DNA of 64,000 nucleotides from Camelus ferus (lineage: Eukaryota): assembly GCF_009834535.1 (NCBI RefSeq), contig NC_045697.1, positions 96,970,001 to 97,034,000 of the forward strand, read 5' to 3'. The first letter of the stretch is position 1; each line of letters begins with the position of its first letter. Positions 51,860-63,294 of the stretch are shown here, in pieces. The position numbers and the translations under genes were made by a program. The notes under the pieces were generated by a model that was not told the DNA's origin, did no database searches, and saw only the letters and a program-made list of their open reading frames with translations.

Positions 51860-52246
51860 ACTCATCCCAATATCTGTGAATGCAACTTTATCAAGTTAAG
51901 ATGAGTTCATACTGAATTAGGGTAGGCCCTACTCCAATGACTGATGTCCTTGTAAGAAAATGCAAATTTGGACACAGAGACACATAGATGTAGGAAGAAT
52001 GCCATATGATAATGGAGGCAGAGATTGGAGTGATGTGGCTGTCAAAGAACACCATGGAGTATCACCAACCACCAAAAACTAGGAAAGAGACATGAAACAG
52101 ATCACCTACAGAGCTTCCAGAAGAAATCAACCTTACCAATACCCTCATTTTGGATTTCTAGACTCCAGAACTATGAAAAGCAAATTTCTATTGTTTTAAA
52201 TCATCTAGTTTGTGATTTGTTATGGCAGCCCAAGGAAACTTAGACA
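51860..52246 (+). mobile_element. MaLR LTR (MLT1B/MLT1C-like), 5' end degraded
   Basis: AGTTAAGATGAG...TTAGGGTAGGCCCTA...ATGACTGATGTCCTTGTAAGA...GGAGGCAGAGATTGGAGTGATG...CTCCAGAACTATGA...TTTGTTATGGCAGCCCAAGGAAACT. Confidence 0.9.
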
Positions 52247-52299
52247 GATCCCTATCTCATATCTCACATGAAAATGAATTCCAAGTAGCTCAAATAATG

Positions 52300-54612
52300 T
52301 TTTAAGTTTTTATTTTGAAATAAACACAGATTCACATGAAATTGCTAAGAAATGTAAAGATAGATCTCACTGTGCCTTTTACCCTTTCTCTCCTTTTAAT
52401 ATCTTGCATAAGTAGAGTACAGTATCAAAACCAGGAAATTGATGTTAACACAATTCATAGACTTCATTCAGATTTCATGTTATACATGCACTCGTATGTG
52501 TGTGTGTGTGTGTGTGTGTGTTTAGTTATTTGCAGTTTTATCACAGGAGTAGCTTTATGTATGAACCCCAAAACTCAGGATACTCATCTGTACCACTACC
52601 ACAAATCTCCTTCAGGCTATATCTTTATAGCCATACCTAGCCCTCTGGCTTTCCCTAAACTCTGGTAACCGTCAATCTATTCCTCATCTCTCAAATTATG
52701 TTATTTTAGAAGGTTAACGGAGTGCTGCAATATTGGCTTTTTTCACTTCACATAATTTTCCAGAGAGTCATTAAAATTGTTGTATCTATCAATAGGTTAT
52801 TTCTTTTTTATTGCTGAATAGTATTCCATGGTGTGGATATACCACAGTTGTTTAACCATTCACTTACTGAAGAACATCTGAAGAGTTTAAAAGTTTACAC
52901 CGTTAAAAATAAACATGCTTTGAATATTTATGTATAAATTTCTTTGTGAAAATAAATTTTCAATTCTCTAGGATAAATACACAGGAGTGGAACTGCTAGG
53001 TCATATGGTAAGTCCATTATTAGTTTTAAAAGGGACTGCTAAACTATTTTTCAGAGTAGCTAAGCCATTTTAAATTCTCATGTATGAGTGATACAATTTT
53101 TCCACATTCTATCAGCATTTAGTTTTATCACTATTTTTTATTTTAGCCATTCTAACTGGTATACAGTAACATGTTAATGCAGTTTTAATTTGCATTTTCC
53201 TAATGCTAATAACTTTAAACATTTTTGACGTAATGATTTGCCATCTGTATAGCTCATTTGGTAAAATGTCTTTGCATATCTTTTGTCCTGGTTTTTTTTA
53301 ATGTTGATGTTTGACAGTTCTTTATATAGTAGAGATAAAAGTTCTTTGCTGACTACAAGACTAACAAATGTGTTCTCCAAATCTGAAAGTTGACTTTTCA
53401 TCATCTTAACAAAGGTTTTAACAGACTAAAAGTTTTTAATTTTATTGAGGTCAAATGTCAAGTTTTTCTTTTATGGATTATGTTTTTGGTATCATACCTA
53501 AGAACTTTTCACCTGGGCTTAGATCTTGAAGATTTTTTCCTATAATTTTGTCTTGAAGTTTTATAGGTTTATGTTTTACTTTAAGTTTATGATCCATTTT
53601 GAATTTTTATATTAGGTGTGAGTTTTACATCAAGATCCATTTTTATGTCTATGGATATCCAATTTCTCTCTTCCCATTCTTTGAAAAGGTATCCTTCCTT
53701 CACTGAATTGCTTTTGTCTCTTTGTCAAAAATTAAGCATAATTGTGTGGATCTATTTTTGAGTTCTGTTTTTGGTTCCATTGAGCTATGTGTCTCTCCTG
53801 GCAATATCACAGTCTTGATACTGTAGCATGAATAAGGTATATCTCTTTAAATGGTAACTTTTCTTTATTTCATCAGCACTTTATAGTTTTGCTGGATTTA
53901 CATCTAATTCTTTCACCGTCTTTGGTATAATTAGGAATTACATTTTTCATTTTATTTCTCAGTTTACTGTTGGTCTATAGAAATGTAATTAATTTTTGTA
54001 TTGACCTTGAACTCTGTAATTCATTATTTCCAAGTGGTTCTTTTTTTCTGTAGATTCCCTGGGATTTTCTACATATGCAATCATGTCACCTGCGAAGAAC
54101 TTTACTCCTCCCTTTACAATCTGTATGCCTTTTATTTCTTATTCTTTTCTTATCACAATGGCTAGAAATTTTAGAATTATGTGAATATGAGGGTTAAGAG
54201 GGGAAATACTTGCCCTGTTCCTGATCTCAGAGAGGAAATATTCAGTCTTTCATTATTAAGTATTATGTTAGCTGTAGATGCTCCTTATGAGGTTAAGGAA
54301 GTTTTCCTTTATTCTTAGTGTACTAAGAGTTTTTTTAAAAATCATAATTGGATATGATTTTTCCTTTTTAGTTTGTTGATATGGTGGATTATGATTATTG
54401 GCTTTCATATATATACTGAACCAGCCTTTATAAATAAGCCTCACCCATTCATAGTTATTACTATTTTTATATTTTAAAATGTATATTTATATAAATGTAT
54501 TTAAAAGTTATTAAAAGTTAAAGTTATATACTGGTATAAATATATAAACTTTATATTTGATTTGATAAAATTTTGTTGAGAATTTTGCATCTATGTTCAT
54601 TGAGAGATATAG
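52300..54612 (-). mobile_element. Old L1 (L1MD-like) 3' end and ORF2 remnant
   Basis: TTTTATTTTGAAATAA...AGATTCACA 3' terminus; TTGCTGAATAGTATTCCATGGTGTGGATATACCACAGTT; TTTTGCATCTATGTTCAT. Confidence 0.9.
52497..52520. repeat. (TG)12 microsatellite
   Basis: Perfect dinucleotide run inside the L1MD-like element. Confidence 0.95.
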
Positions 54613-56599
54613 GTACCAAATCACCTCTGTCTTGAAAGGCAAATGACTCTGACTGAACTTTAGTGAGCATCTCTAGGATAGTGGAGGGAGTTTTCCACTA
54701 TTAAGATAGTTAGACGAGGAAAAGCTTACTTGGAGAGAAATAAGAAAGCAATATAGGCACTATCAGATGCCTTATTTTTATCTTGAGTAGAAAATAAATG
54801 AGGATTTACTTTTCATAATGTTTAGAATTATTTTGGTCTCTTAGACTTCTGAATCTTTTGGTCATTGCTTCATATATCTTAACTTAATGCATGGAAAGGA
54901 GAAATCAGTATCCCTTACTATTTGGCATCCACCCCCCCGCAAAAAAAATAGCTGAGTTACCAAAAGGTTCACTAGCTATCATTTCAGGTTACTTTAGAGC
55001 TCTATGTAGGGTGATTGAGTATTGTGCATATTGTTTAAGGTACTATAGGATGTTTCTTCATGATACTCCTTTCAATTAACAGTAAAATATTTCAGCTATC
55101 AAAAATATATATTTATGCTGTAATTATAGTTTTCAGGTCTAGCTCCTTTAGTAGTTTCCAAGAAAAATATTCAAAAGACACTTCTGATTAATATAAAAAC
55201 CATTTTTAGAATTCTATTACTCAGAAATTAAACTATAATCTGTAACGTGCATTTCAAAAAGAAATATGGCTAATTCAGACTAGTCATACTCCAATAACTT
55301 TTTATCAAAAGTTATTAAAACTAATTAACACAGATTAAAACTTGAATTGCACTTACCTGAACTATTTCTTCTAATGAAAATCTGAAAAAAGATAATTATA
55401 AAGAATAACTTACTCTTGCCGGTTCATTTTTTATTTCCCATGCCAAGTAGTAAATCTTCTGATCTTTATTATATGTGCTAACAATATTCTCACAAAACCT
55501 AATACTTATCTGTAAACATGAGTTAGACAATATTTGTAAAGCTTGATATAATGTTAATTTACAATTTTCCGCTCTACAAATGTTTGCATAAATAATGGAT
55601 TGAGGTGTTGCTGTTTCTATGATCTTTGTTTAATTAGACACTCTTGGCAATTCAACACAATTGTAGGGGGAAAATGACAGATAATTTCTTCTTTGCATTA
55701 GATATAATTATGTGAGCTGTTTGGAAAATACATTTTCAAAAATCTTTTTGTACCATCTAACGAGACACCTATGTGTTTAATTTTGCTATAAAAATATTCA
55801 TAATTCATTTTAATAGTTCTAGAAAGAAAAGACTAACAGTACTGTTGAAGGAAGGTATTAATAATTCCCTTCTCTGCAGATCTTTTTCTCACTCTCACAC
55901 ACACACACACGAAACTCTCTTTCTTCTAGAGATCCATAGACAAAGAAGTACGAACAAGGATCTTCAATTTAGAATATTCATGATGAATCTAAAAAGAAAA
56001 CAAGGGTAAAATATGGTCCTGAAATCTAGTTCTCTCTCATAAACCCATGTGTATAAATCCATATACCTACATGCATGTACAGATACTCCACTAGGAGAAT
56101 GGAAATGAAGTCTTCCGATTATAACACAAAATGTTCCTTAAAAATACATTCTCGGGATACAAATAGAGCAGTTTATGTGTGTGTAATCATTTCATAGTAG
56201 AGTCCTCTTTATTATAACACAGTAACAACTGACACAGAGAAAAAGCTATATGTTGCCAAGTTCTGCCTATTAACATACATTTCTCCAGTCAGACTTCTTA
56301 TTCCTTCATTCTTATCAATTTAACTTTAAAGACAAATAATGTTATCATAAGGAGAAATGTGTGTGTGTGTGATTAATTATGTTTAGAAAATTTCAAGGTG
56401 TTCAAGAGGGTCAAGAAGTTCTAACTTCCTAATGCAAGGACAGGGAATTAGGAAAGAGGAAGGGAGTACAAAAAAGTGCCTTTGGAGAACTAAAATACCA
56501 CTTTTGACACAAAACTGTCTGCACAGGAGGAAAATAATCCTATAAGAGGGCAAGCAGCTCACTGAGTATTGAGCACCAAGCTATATAACTTTTTAAAAT

Positions 56600-57950
56600 C
56601 ACATATAGACAAACTATTGTAGAATATTACACATTAAAGATAAAATAATGTTCTAAATTCTTTCAGACAAAAAACAATAAAACAAGAGACAAATGGCCTT
56701 CTAAAAGACAAGCATCAGACTAGCATCATACTTTTCCTTCAGTGAGAGGAGATGTTAAGAGACACTAGAGCAATGTCTCAAAGCAGGAGAATAAAAATGA
56801 GATAAAATCTGGAATTCTAGTTCCCATCAAATTATTAGTCAGCTTTCAAATGACAAAAAAATGTTCATTAATGCAAAATGCTGGAACATTGACTTGCACA
56901 GAAACATCCTCCCCAGGAAATTATTTGCATATTGACTCCAGAAAATAAAAGTAAAAACAAAGAATTGTCAATGTATTTCTTATGGTCTTTATTCTCAATT
57001 TCTCTTCCCCACTTAGTCTCCTAAAGCAGCAGTAGGGAGCTGGGGCAGTGATAAGTTGATTTTTTTTAATATTTCAATGGGGACAAACTGAAATTCTGTC
57101 AATTAAAACTATATGGTAAATTGACTTTTAGGAGATCACTCCTCTGCAAACAAGCAAAACAAATTCAATCAGAAAATGGTGGTTGTTGATTGCAGTTTTG
57201 CCAAATATAGTCACAGTCCAAAAAGATGTAAACATAAAGCATGATTTTAAGAGTTACAAGAATGTAAAAAGTAAAAATACATTTGGCATTGACAATAGGA
57301 ATATTTAAAATGGCACTGCTGCTGTGACATTCGAAACCTGAAAAGGAGACGCAACTATGTCCAACACTAGGTTCTGAATTGAACAACAGTTACACAATCA
57401 TAATAATAAACCAGTATTTATCAATTTTCAACTTTATCAATAAAGTTACAGAGAAAGTACAAAGCATTTAATTGCACTTAACAAGATAGAATATACATAC
57501 TTTTAGCTTTAAAGTAAAAATGTAAATCACAGAGGGACTAACATGCTGATCTCACATAGATTACATAGATTAAAAAAATAAAAATTTCAGTATTTTCAAA
57601 AAAACCTAAGAGATAATAAATTGAAAAAGTTTAGAATGCTAAACATATCAAGAATTGGAAAAGTAAAGAAGTGGGAGTGTTGATGGAGAAATAAATTAAT
57701 AGCTCATCTATCACAGCCCAAAGACAAGGACAAATATCTATAGTTGAAGAATCAAAAATAGCAGCATAAGCATATATGTTAGATACATTAAGGTAAGCAT
57801 CAGAACAGCTCAAAACAAGGATAATTAGACTCTCACTGAGTATATTATATTTGGGCATGCAGAAGGTTAGGGCAAGGGATTACTGAGTTTCTTTTTAACT
57901 CTATCGATAACCATTTATTTATATTTTTCTAAATTATGTATATTACCTTG
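56600..57950 (+). mobile_element. Decayed L1 ORF1/HAL1-like remnant
   Basis: ATCAGACTAGCATCATACTTT...AGAGACACTAGAGCAATGTCTCAAAG...GAATTCTAGTTCCCATCAAATTAT resembles the ORF1 C-terminal region (IRLTSDFS...W...RILYPAKL). Confidence 0.5.
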
Positions 57951-58164
57951 ATCTAGTTTTTATAGTATTTCAGACATTATTTCTATATTGTAAAATATAA
58001 TCTTTAATTTTTCTGAAGTTAAAAAATATACAACTATATGATGAATTCCACCTACAAATATATTTCTGGGTTTTTCTCCTTAACTTCTTTTTTCATTTCT
58101 ATAACCATAATGGTTAAGACTTAAGGTTTTTGACTCTTAAAAAACTGAGAAAATAATAAAGCCA

Positions 58165-58345
58165 TTAACAATAGGATTTCACATTATTAATATATAGTAT
58201 GATGAGATAGGCACTATGGTAACTGCTTTACATGCACAATCTCATTTATTAGCCACAACAGCCTTCTCACTTAGGAATTCTTATGACCTCTGTTTTAAAT
58301 ACAAGAAAGTAAAGGTTGGAGAGGCAAAGTAACTTGCTCAAGACT
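58165..58345 (-). mobile_element. MIR SINE
   Basis: AGGCACTATGGTAACTGCTTTACATGCACAATCTCATTTA...CACAACAGCC...GAGAGGCAAAGTAACTTGCTCAAG. Confidence 0.85.
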
Positions 58346-58349
58346 TATT

Positions 58350-58815
58350 TTTTTCATTTCGTTAATAAACATGTATTAAACAGGCGCTATTCTAGATGTT
58401 TGGTATATATCTATAATAAAAAGAGATAAAACATTTGCTTTCATGGGACTTACTTTCAATTGGGTGGATATAATAAAAATTAGTCAAACTGTATTGTTTT
58501 GTATAAAATGATAAATGTTACAAAAATACATATATCATGAAGTAGATAGGGAGGACATTTGCAGTTTTAAATATGATGGTCATGATAGGCTTCACTGAGA
58601 AGACTTATAAGCAAACTTTCAAAGAATATGAAGACGATGGCCATTTGGCTATCATATGAAGGCCACTGAAGACAGAGAGTAACCAGTGGGAAAGCTTTAA
58701 GACAATAGCATGAAGTCAAGGCTATGTCTGAAGGAGACAAGGAAACTATAAAAAATAACAGAAGGTTCTACTGGCCATTATAAAGATTTTGACTTTTACT
58801 AAAAGTGTAACAATA
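58350..58815 (-). mobile_element. L2 3' region
   Basis: CAGGCGCTATTCTAGATG...TGCTTTCATGGGACTTACTTTC...GGCTTCACTGAGAAG...GGCCATTATAAAGATTTTGACTTTTACT. Confidence 0.75.
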
Positions 58816-59629
58816 AACTACTAATATTCTAGAAATGTTATGAGGAACAAAGCCATGACTATACCTGAGTGAGTAAGGTCAGTCTCCAGGGGAAGCTACA
58901 TGTCAGCTGAGCCTGGAGAGTCCATTCACCAAATCCTCTGAAGAGAGGAATGTGGGCAGAGGTGAGAGGAAATACCACATCAAATGTACCAAGCCATGAC
59001 TTGGCTTGAGAGGTCTCTGCATAAGAAAGATCAGAAGACCAGGATGGACTAGATATAGAGAACTTGATGCCATACAAAGATTTTGAACTTTGTTTTATAG
59101 GCTACTGGGCACCAGAAAATGTTTTTTAAACAGGTTCAAATTGTGATAATCTCCCATACTGAATGAGAAACAATCTGTTAAACATTTCAGTCCTCATGTG
59201 ATTAAAAAAAAAAAAAACCCAAGATAAAAAAAAAAATTAAGAATTTTGGTTTTCCCCCACTCAGAATAAATTATTAATTCTATATCATACTTTGTTCAAG
59301 AGATTATACTTTACATATACATATTTAAGCACACTAAATTGAGTAAGTCTACACTTGTTTTAAATTCACTTATTGAAAATATCTTTTTAGGACCTAATCC
59401 AGGGGGATGCAGTAGTGACTTACAGAATTCTGCCCTCACAGAGCTCACTTCTATTAGGGGGACAAGCACTACAAAATAAACAAAACATTAGCATGTCACT
59501 TATTGGTAAATGATGAAAAATAACACAGCAGGTTGAAGGCTGAGGGATAGAGCCAGTAGCTATAGATTATGTGGCTACAAGGCTTTCAGATATGTGGATC
59601 AGAGACTTGGAAGAAATGGGAAAGCAAGC

Positions 59630-60205
59630 TGTGCAGAAAAAGATTAATCCTGACCAACGAAAGGTCTGACCCTTTGTCCCCAACTCCTGGGAGGTAATCT
59701 CTATGCCCTTGGAATATCCTGTTTTATAAGAGTATCTCTGTTTACCTGGGGACCTTGGACTATGCTAGATAGTCTATGTTAACAAAGTGATTTATGGTGG
59801 GACTCTTGGGCCACCATATCACCTCTGTTTCTAGAGGGGCTAGAGACTGAGGTCAGCCATGCAGGTGTTTGTCCATGTCTGTGACCAACACCCAGTGAAA
59901 TCTCCTAAACACCAAGGCTTGAGTAAGCGTCCTTGACTGACAACACTCTATGTGTATTGTCACACATTGTTCCTAGGAGAAATTAGTGCTGTCTACATGA
60001 CTAGACTGAAAGAGGACAATTGGAAGCTCTGCCTCTCATCTACCTGGCCTCTGCTGGATTCATCTTTTCCATTGAGGACGTTAATCTGTATCCTTCCATG
60101 GCAATACACTATACCCATAAGGATAAAAGCTATTCTGAGTTCTGTGAGTTCTTCTAGCCAGTTATTGAATCTCAGGGTAGACCTAGGGACCACATGAATG
60201 TTGCA
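59630..60205 (+). mobile_element. Solo LTR of the MER21/MER77 group
   Basis: Starts TGTGCAG and ends TGCA; flanks CAAGC/CAAAC (4 of 5 match, TSD); CCCTTGGAATATCCTG...ATAAGAGT, GGGCTAGAGACTGAGGTCAGCCA, CTGAGTTCTGTGAGTTCTTCTAGC. Confidence 0.8.
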
Positions 60206-60274
60206 CAAACCTGATAAAATTCCAGAGCAAATTGATTATTTGAGGAGAAACAGTGAGTACAAAGAACCTGAGGT

Positions 60275-60634
60275 AATAAAGAATAAAAAATGGGCCAAAT
60301 TTCCACAAGATACATCTCCAGATCCATAGCAGGCACATATCTTTCCAAGTGACAACCATGTATATGCTTACTGACAGTATGTTTCTCATTGTCTTGCTGA
60401 GGTAGATCAAGCAAAAGTACCCCTTTGATGAACAGGGAGAAATTAAGATGGGTCCTTCAGATAATCCTTTAATGGCATTTAAAAAAAGGCTCAGGAAAGC
60501 CAACCCCTGCAATATTCTATAACCAAACAGTATCACTTCATTAGGAAGGATCTGGAATAATCTTGAAGGGTACTCAGAATTGTTTTTCCCTACCTACTAA
60601 TAAAACCTCTACTTTGTTCATTTAAGAAAAAAAC
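60275..60634 (+). pseudogene. Candidate 5'-truncated retrocopy of an unidentified transcript
   Basis: Flanked by 26-bp direct repeats (23/26 identical; 60249-60274 and 60635-60660); AATAAA at 60599-60604; A-rich tail at 60624-60633; frame 60280-60522 with one internal TAG. Confidence 0.5.
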
Positions 60635-61348
60635 AACAGTGAGTACAATGTGCCTGAGGTTTGGCACAATAAGTAAGACAAAAAAACCCACTAGAACCTG
60701 AACAGAATTAGAATAAAAATAAAGAGTTGGAGAAAACTATATAGGTGAAAAATTAATACAGAACCATAGTAAAGCATCTAAATGTTCTTACGGGTGTATA
60801 ACCTACTTGGTCAGGAAAGAGCAAGATATGATTTATGTTTTGAAAAGCAAGTCCCAGCTGCCATGTGCAAAATGCACTAAAAGGCAAAACGACTGCAAGT
60901 AAGGTAACCAGTTGCAAGTTATTCAATTAATGTGGAAGAGAGATGGTGGTGCTTTGTATTTTGTGGTAGGAAAGAGGGATTAAGATAGGGAGCAATTGTC
61001 AGATTCAGGTCATATTTTGAGAAATTACAGACAGAAAAAATTACTGATGGATAGAATGAGGGTAGTAATAAAAAGAGGGAGATCAACCATACACAGTCCA
61101 AGGGTTTTGACTTGAACAACTAAGTGCCTGGTGATGCTAATTACAGTGATGGAAATACTAGAGGAATCACAGATGTGTAATGTAGATACCAGGTATCCTG
61201 CTTTGGATGTTTTTAAGTTTGAGCTACATTTTGGATATTTTTGAAGAGACATCAAGTAGAAAGTTGGATATATGCATCTGGTACTATAAGATGTCATCAC
61301 AGATAAAGATACACATTAGGGAATAATTAGTATTTAGATGGTATACAT

Positions 61349-61562
61349 TAGGATAGGCAAACTATGGTCCATGGGCCAACCCTAAGCCAACATCTATTTC
61401 TATAAATAAAATTTTATTGAAACACAGCCATGTCAATTAAATAACATGCTGCCTATGACTGCTTTCATACTACACTGGCAAAGTTGCAGAGTTGTGACAG
61501 AGACTATATAACCCACACAGCCTAAATAATTTACCATCTGATGCTGAAGTTAGTTAAGCCCA
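61349..61562 (+). mobile_element. MER58A-like non-autonomous hAT DNA transposon
   Basis: GGCAAACTATGGTCCATGGGCCAA...TAAATAAAATTTTATTGAAACACAGCCATG...GTTGTGACAGAGAC...AGCCTAAATAATTTACCATCTG; degenerate 8-bp flanks GTATACAT/GTCTAGAT. Confidence 0.85.
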
Positions 61563-62417
61563 GTCTAGATGGTATTTAAAACCATGAGAATTAATAGGTA
61601 ATCCTAGGACAATAGTGTTTTTTCTTTCCAGAAACTTCTACTTTCACTCCAAGAATTGTGTCTATTAAAATGATAAAGTATATGGTCACTATGAAATTTT
61701 AAGCCATAAGTAATAAATATAGTGAATATTCAGTACCATGGGATTAGGTAAGATCATCCAGAAAATAAGTAAAGTTGAATAGAATAAAGAATCTGAGAAC
61801 TGAGTTCTGAGAGAATTTAAAATTTAGAAGTTGGATTGAGGGCAAATCAAAAGAGGAATATGATTAGGTATGTCAAAAGAGGTAGGAGGAGGAAGCTCTG
61901 TTCTGGAAAAATGAGTTAAAATATCTTGATTGAATCTGCTGACCTCTAATATCATTGTACTATAATTACCTACAATGTATGAGTATTATGATACATCAAT
62001 TAAACTAAAAAATCCATTAAAACAATGGTAGTATTGCCAAACAACAGCAAAACTCATCAGGAAAACATTTATGAAAAGTTCGTTATTTGGTACTGACCAA
62101 ATGTATTATTTTATAAAGTTATCTTTGAAGAAAGCCTGTATTTTCCCCTATCCAAATGAAATTTTGTAGGGTCAAAACTTAATAAAAATTGTAAGGACCT
62201 CAAAACTGTCTTTTTATCTTCTGTCTTAATCTTATTTTCCTATGAGCAGTGACTCATTTTCTCACTACATATACTCAATATTTTATTTTGTATTCACTAT
62301 GTCTTAATTCAATTAGCTAATGTAAGTTCTTGCTAATTGGTTAGTCTACTAAATATACTAAAAGTTTAATTTAATTATATTAATTATATACTTTATTACA
62401 TAAAATAATATATAGTA

Positions 62418-63294
62418 AGGGATTCTGATACGATGGCACAGTAGGAAATACCAAGAATCTGTGTCCCTACATAGACAACAATTTGTAGAATCTGTCCGAT
62501 GTAAATATTTTGGAACTCTGAAATCTACTGAACACTTGAAAGGCCTTCCAGGGGAAGGCTCAGAGGGTAAGTTGTAGTTAATTTCAGTCCACTTCATCTC
62601 TTAGCACAGAAACAGCTACACATTCTCCCTATGTCCCAGAGCTATGGAAGGCAACAGGGCTTGCATCCCAAGAGCAGCTTACGCATAACTTGTGGAAGCC
62701 AGTGTGGACAGAAAAAAAAAAAGACCCTGATCTCCAAATACAGGGGATCTGTACTCTGAGCCAATTGCACCTGATCACAAACATGCAAACAAAGAGGCAA
62801 ATAGCCACTTTCTTTCATAACTGCAAGCTCCTCCTGCTCTGGTTGAAGTAACCTCTAGGATATTTAAAGCTTCCCTTTTGGGAACCAGATATTAATGTCT
62901 AGGACATTAAAAAATAATCTTATATATGGGGAAAATTAGAAAGTGGTCATGCACACCTAGGGAAAGCTGCAGGCTCATAAAAGACTTGTGGAGACCTTAA
63001 ATTTACACCTCAGGCGGATAATCAGTTCAAAGACAGCATCAACAATTAAAAAAATAAAACAAAAAACAAACAAGAGCAAATCGTGGGGAAGAGAGAGAAT
63101 CTAATTTCCAGAGTTATCACATGATTAAATTCAAAAGTCTAGTTTTCAACAAAAATTCTCAAGGTATACAAAGAAACAGAAAAATATGGCCCATTCAAAG
63201 GAAAAAAATTAAATCAACAGCAATAGTTTAGGAAAAGACCTGAAGATGGATCTATTAAACAAAATCTTTAAAGCAAACTTTAAAAGATTTAAAA
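62418..63294 (+). mobile_element. Old L1 5' UTR through the start of ORF1 (L1M3/L1M4-type)
   Basis: GATGGCACAGTAGGAA start; TTTTGGAACTCTGAAATCT; CAAAGAAACAGAAAAATATGGCCCATTCAAAGGAAAAA typical of the ORF1 start region. Confidence 0.7.

Larger units (their letters stand above)
59340..61900 (-). mobile_element. L2 remnant interrupted by an LTR, an unidentified insert and a MER58-like element
   Basis: TCTGCCCTCACAGAGCTCAC; AACAGTGAGTACAAAGAACCTGAGGT; GAGAGATGGTGGTGCTTTG; GTTTTTGACTTGAACAACT; TAGATGGTATTTAAAACCATGAG. Confidence 0.7.

Noticed and set aside
60280..60522. Viral origin (bornavirus matrix-like patches, parvovirus WAKxP-like motif, TTAAGAAAAAA gene-end-like tail) for the insert
   Set aside because: There are only short motif resemblances from memory, with inconsistent spacing, and AATAAA favours a Pol II transcript. 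It needs a profile search and is not claimed.
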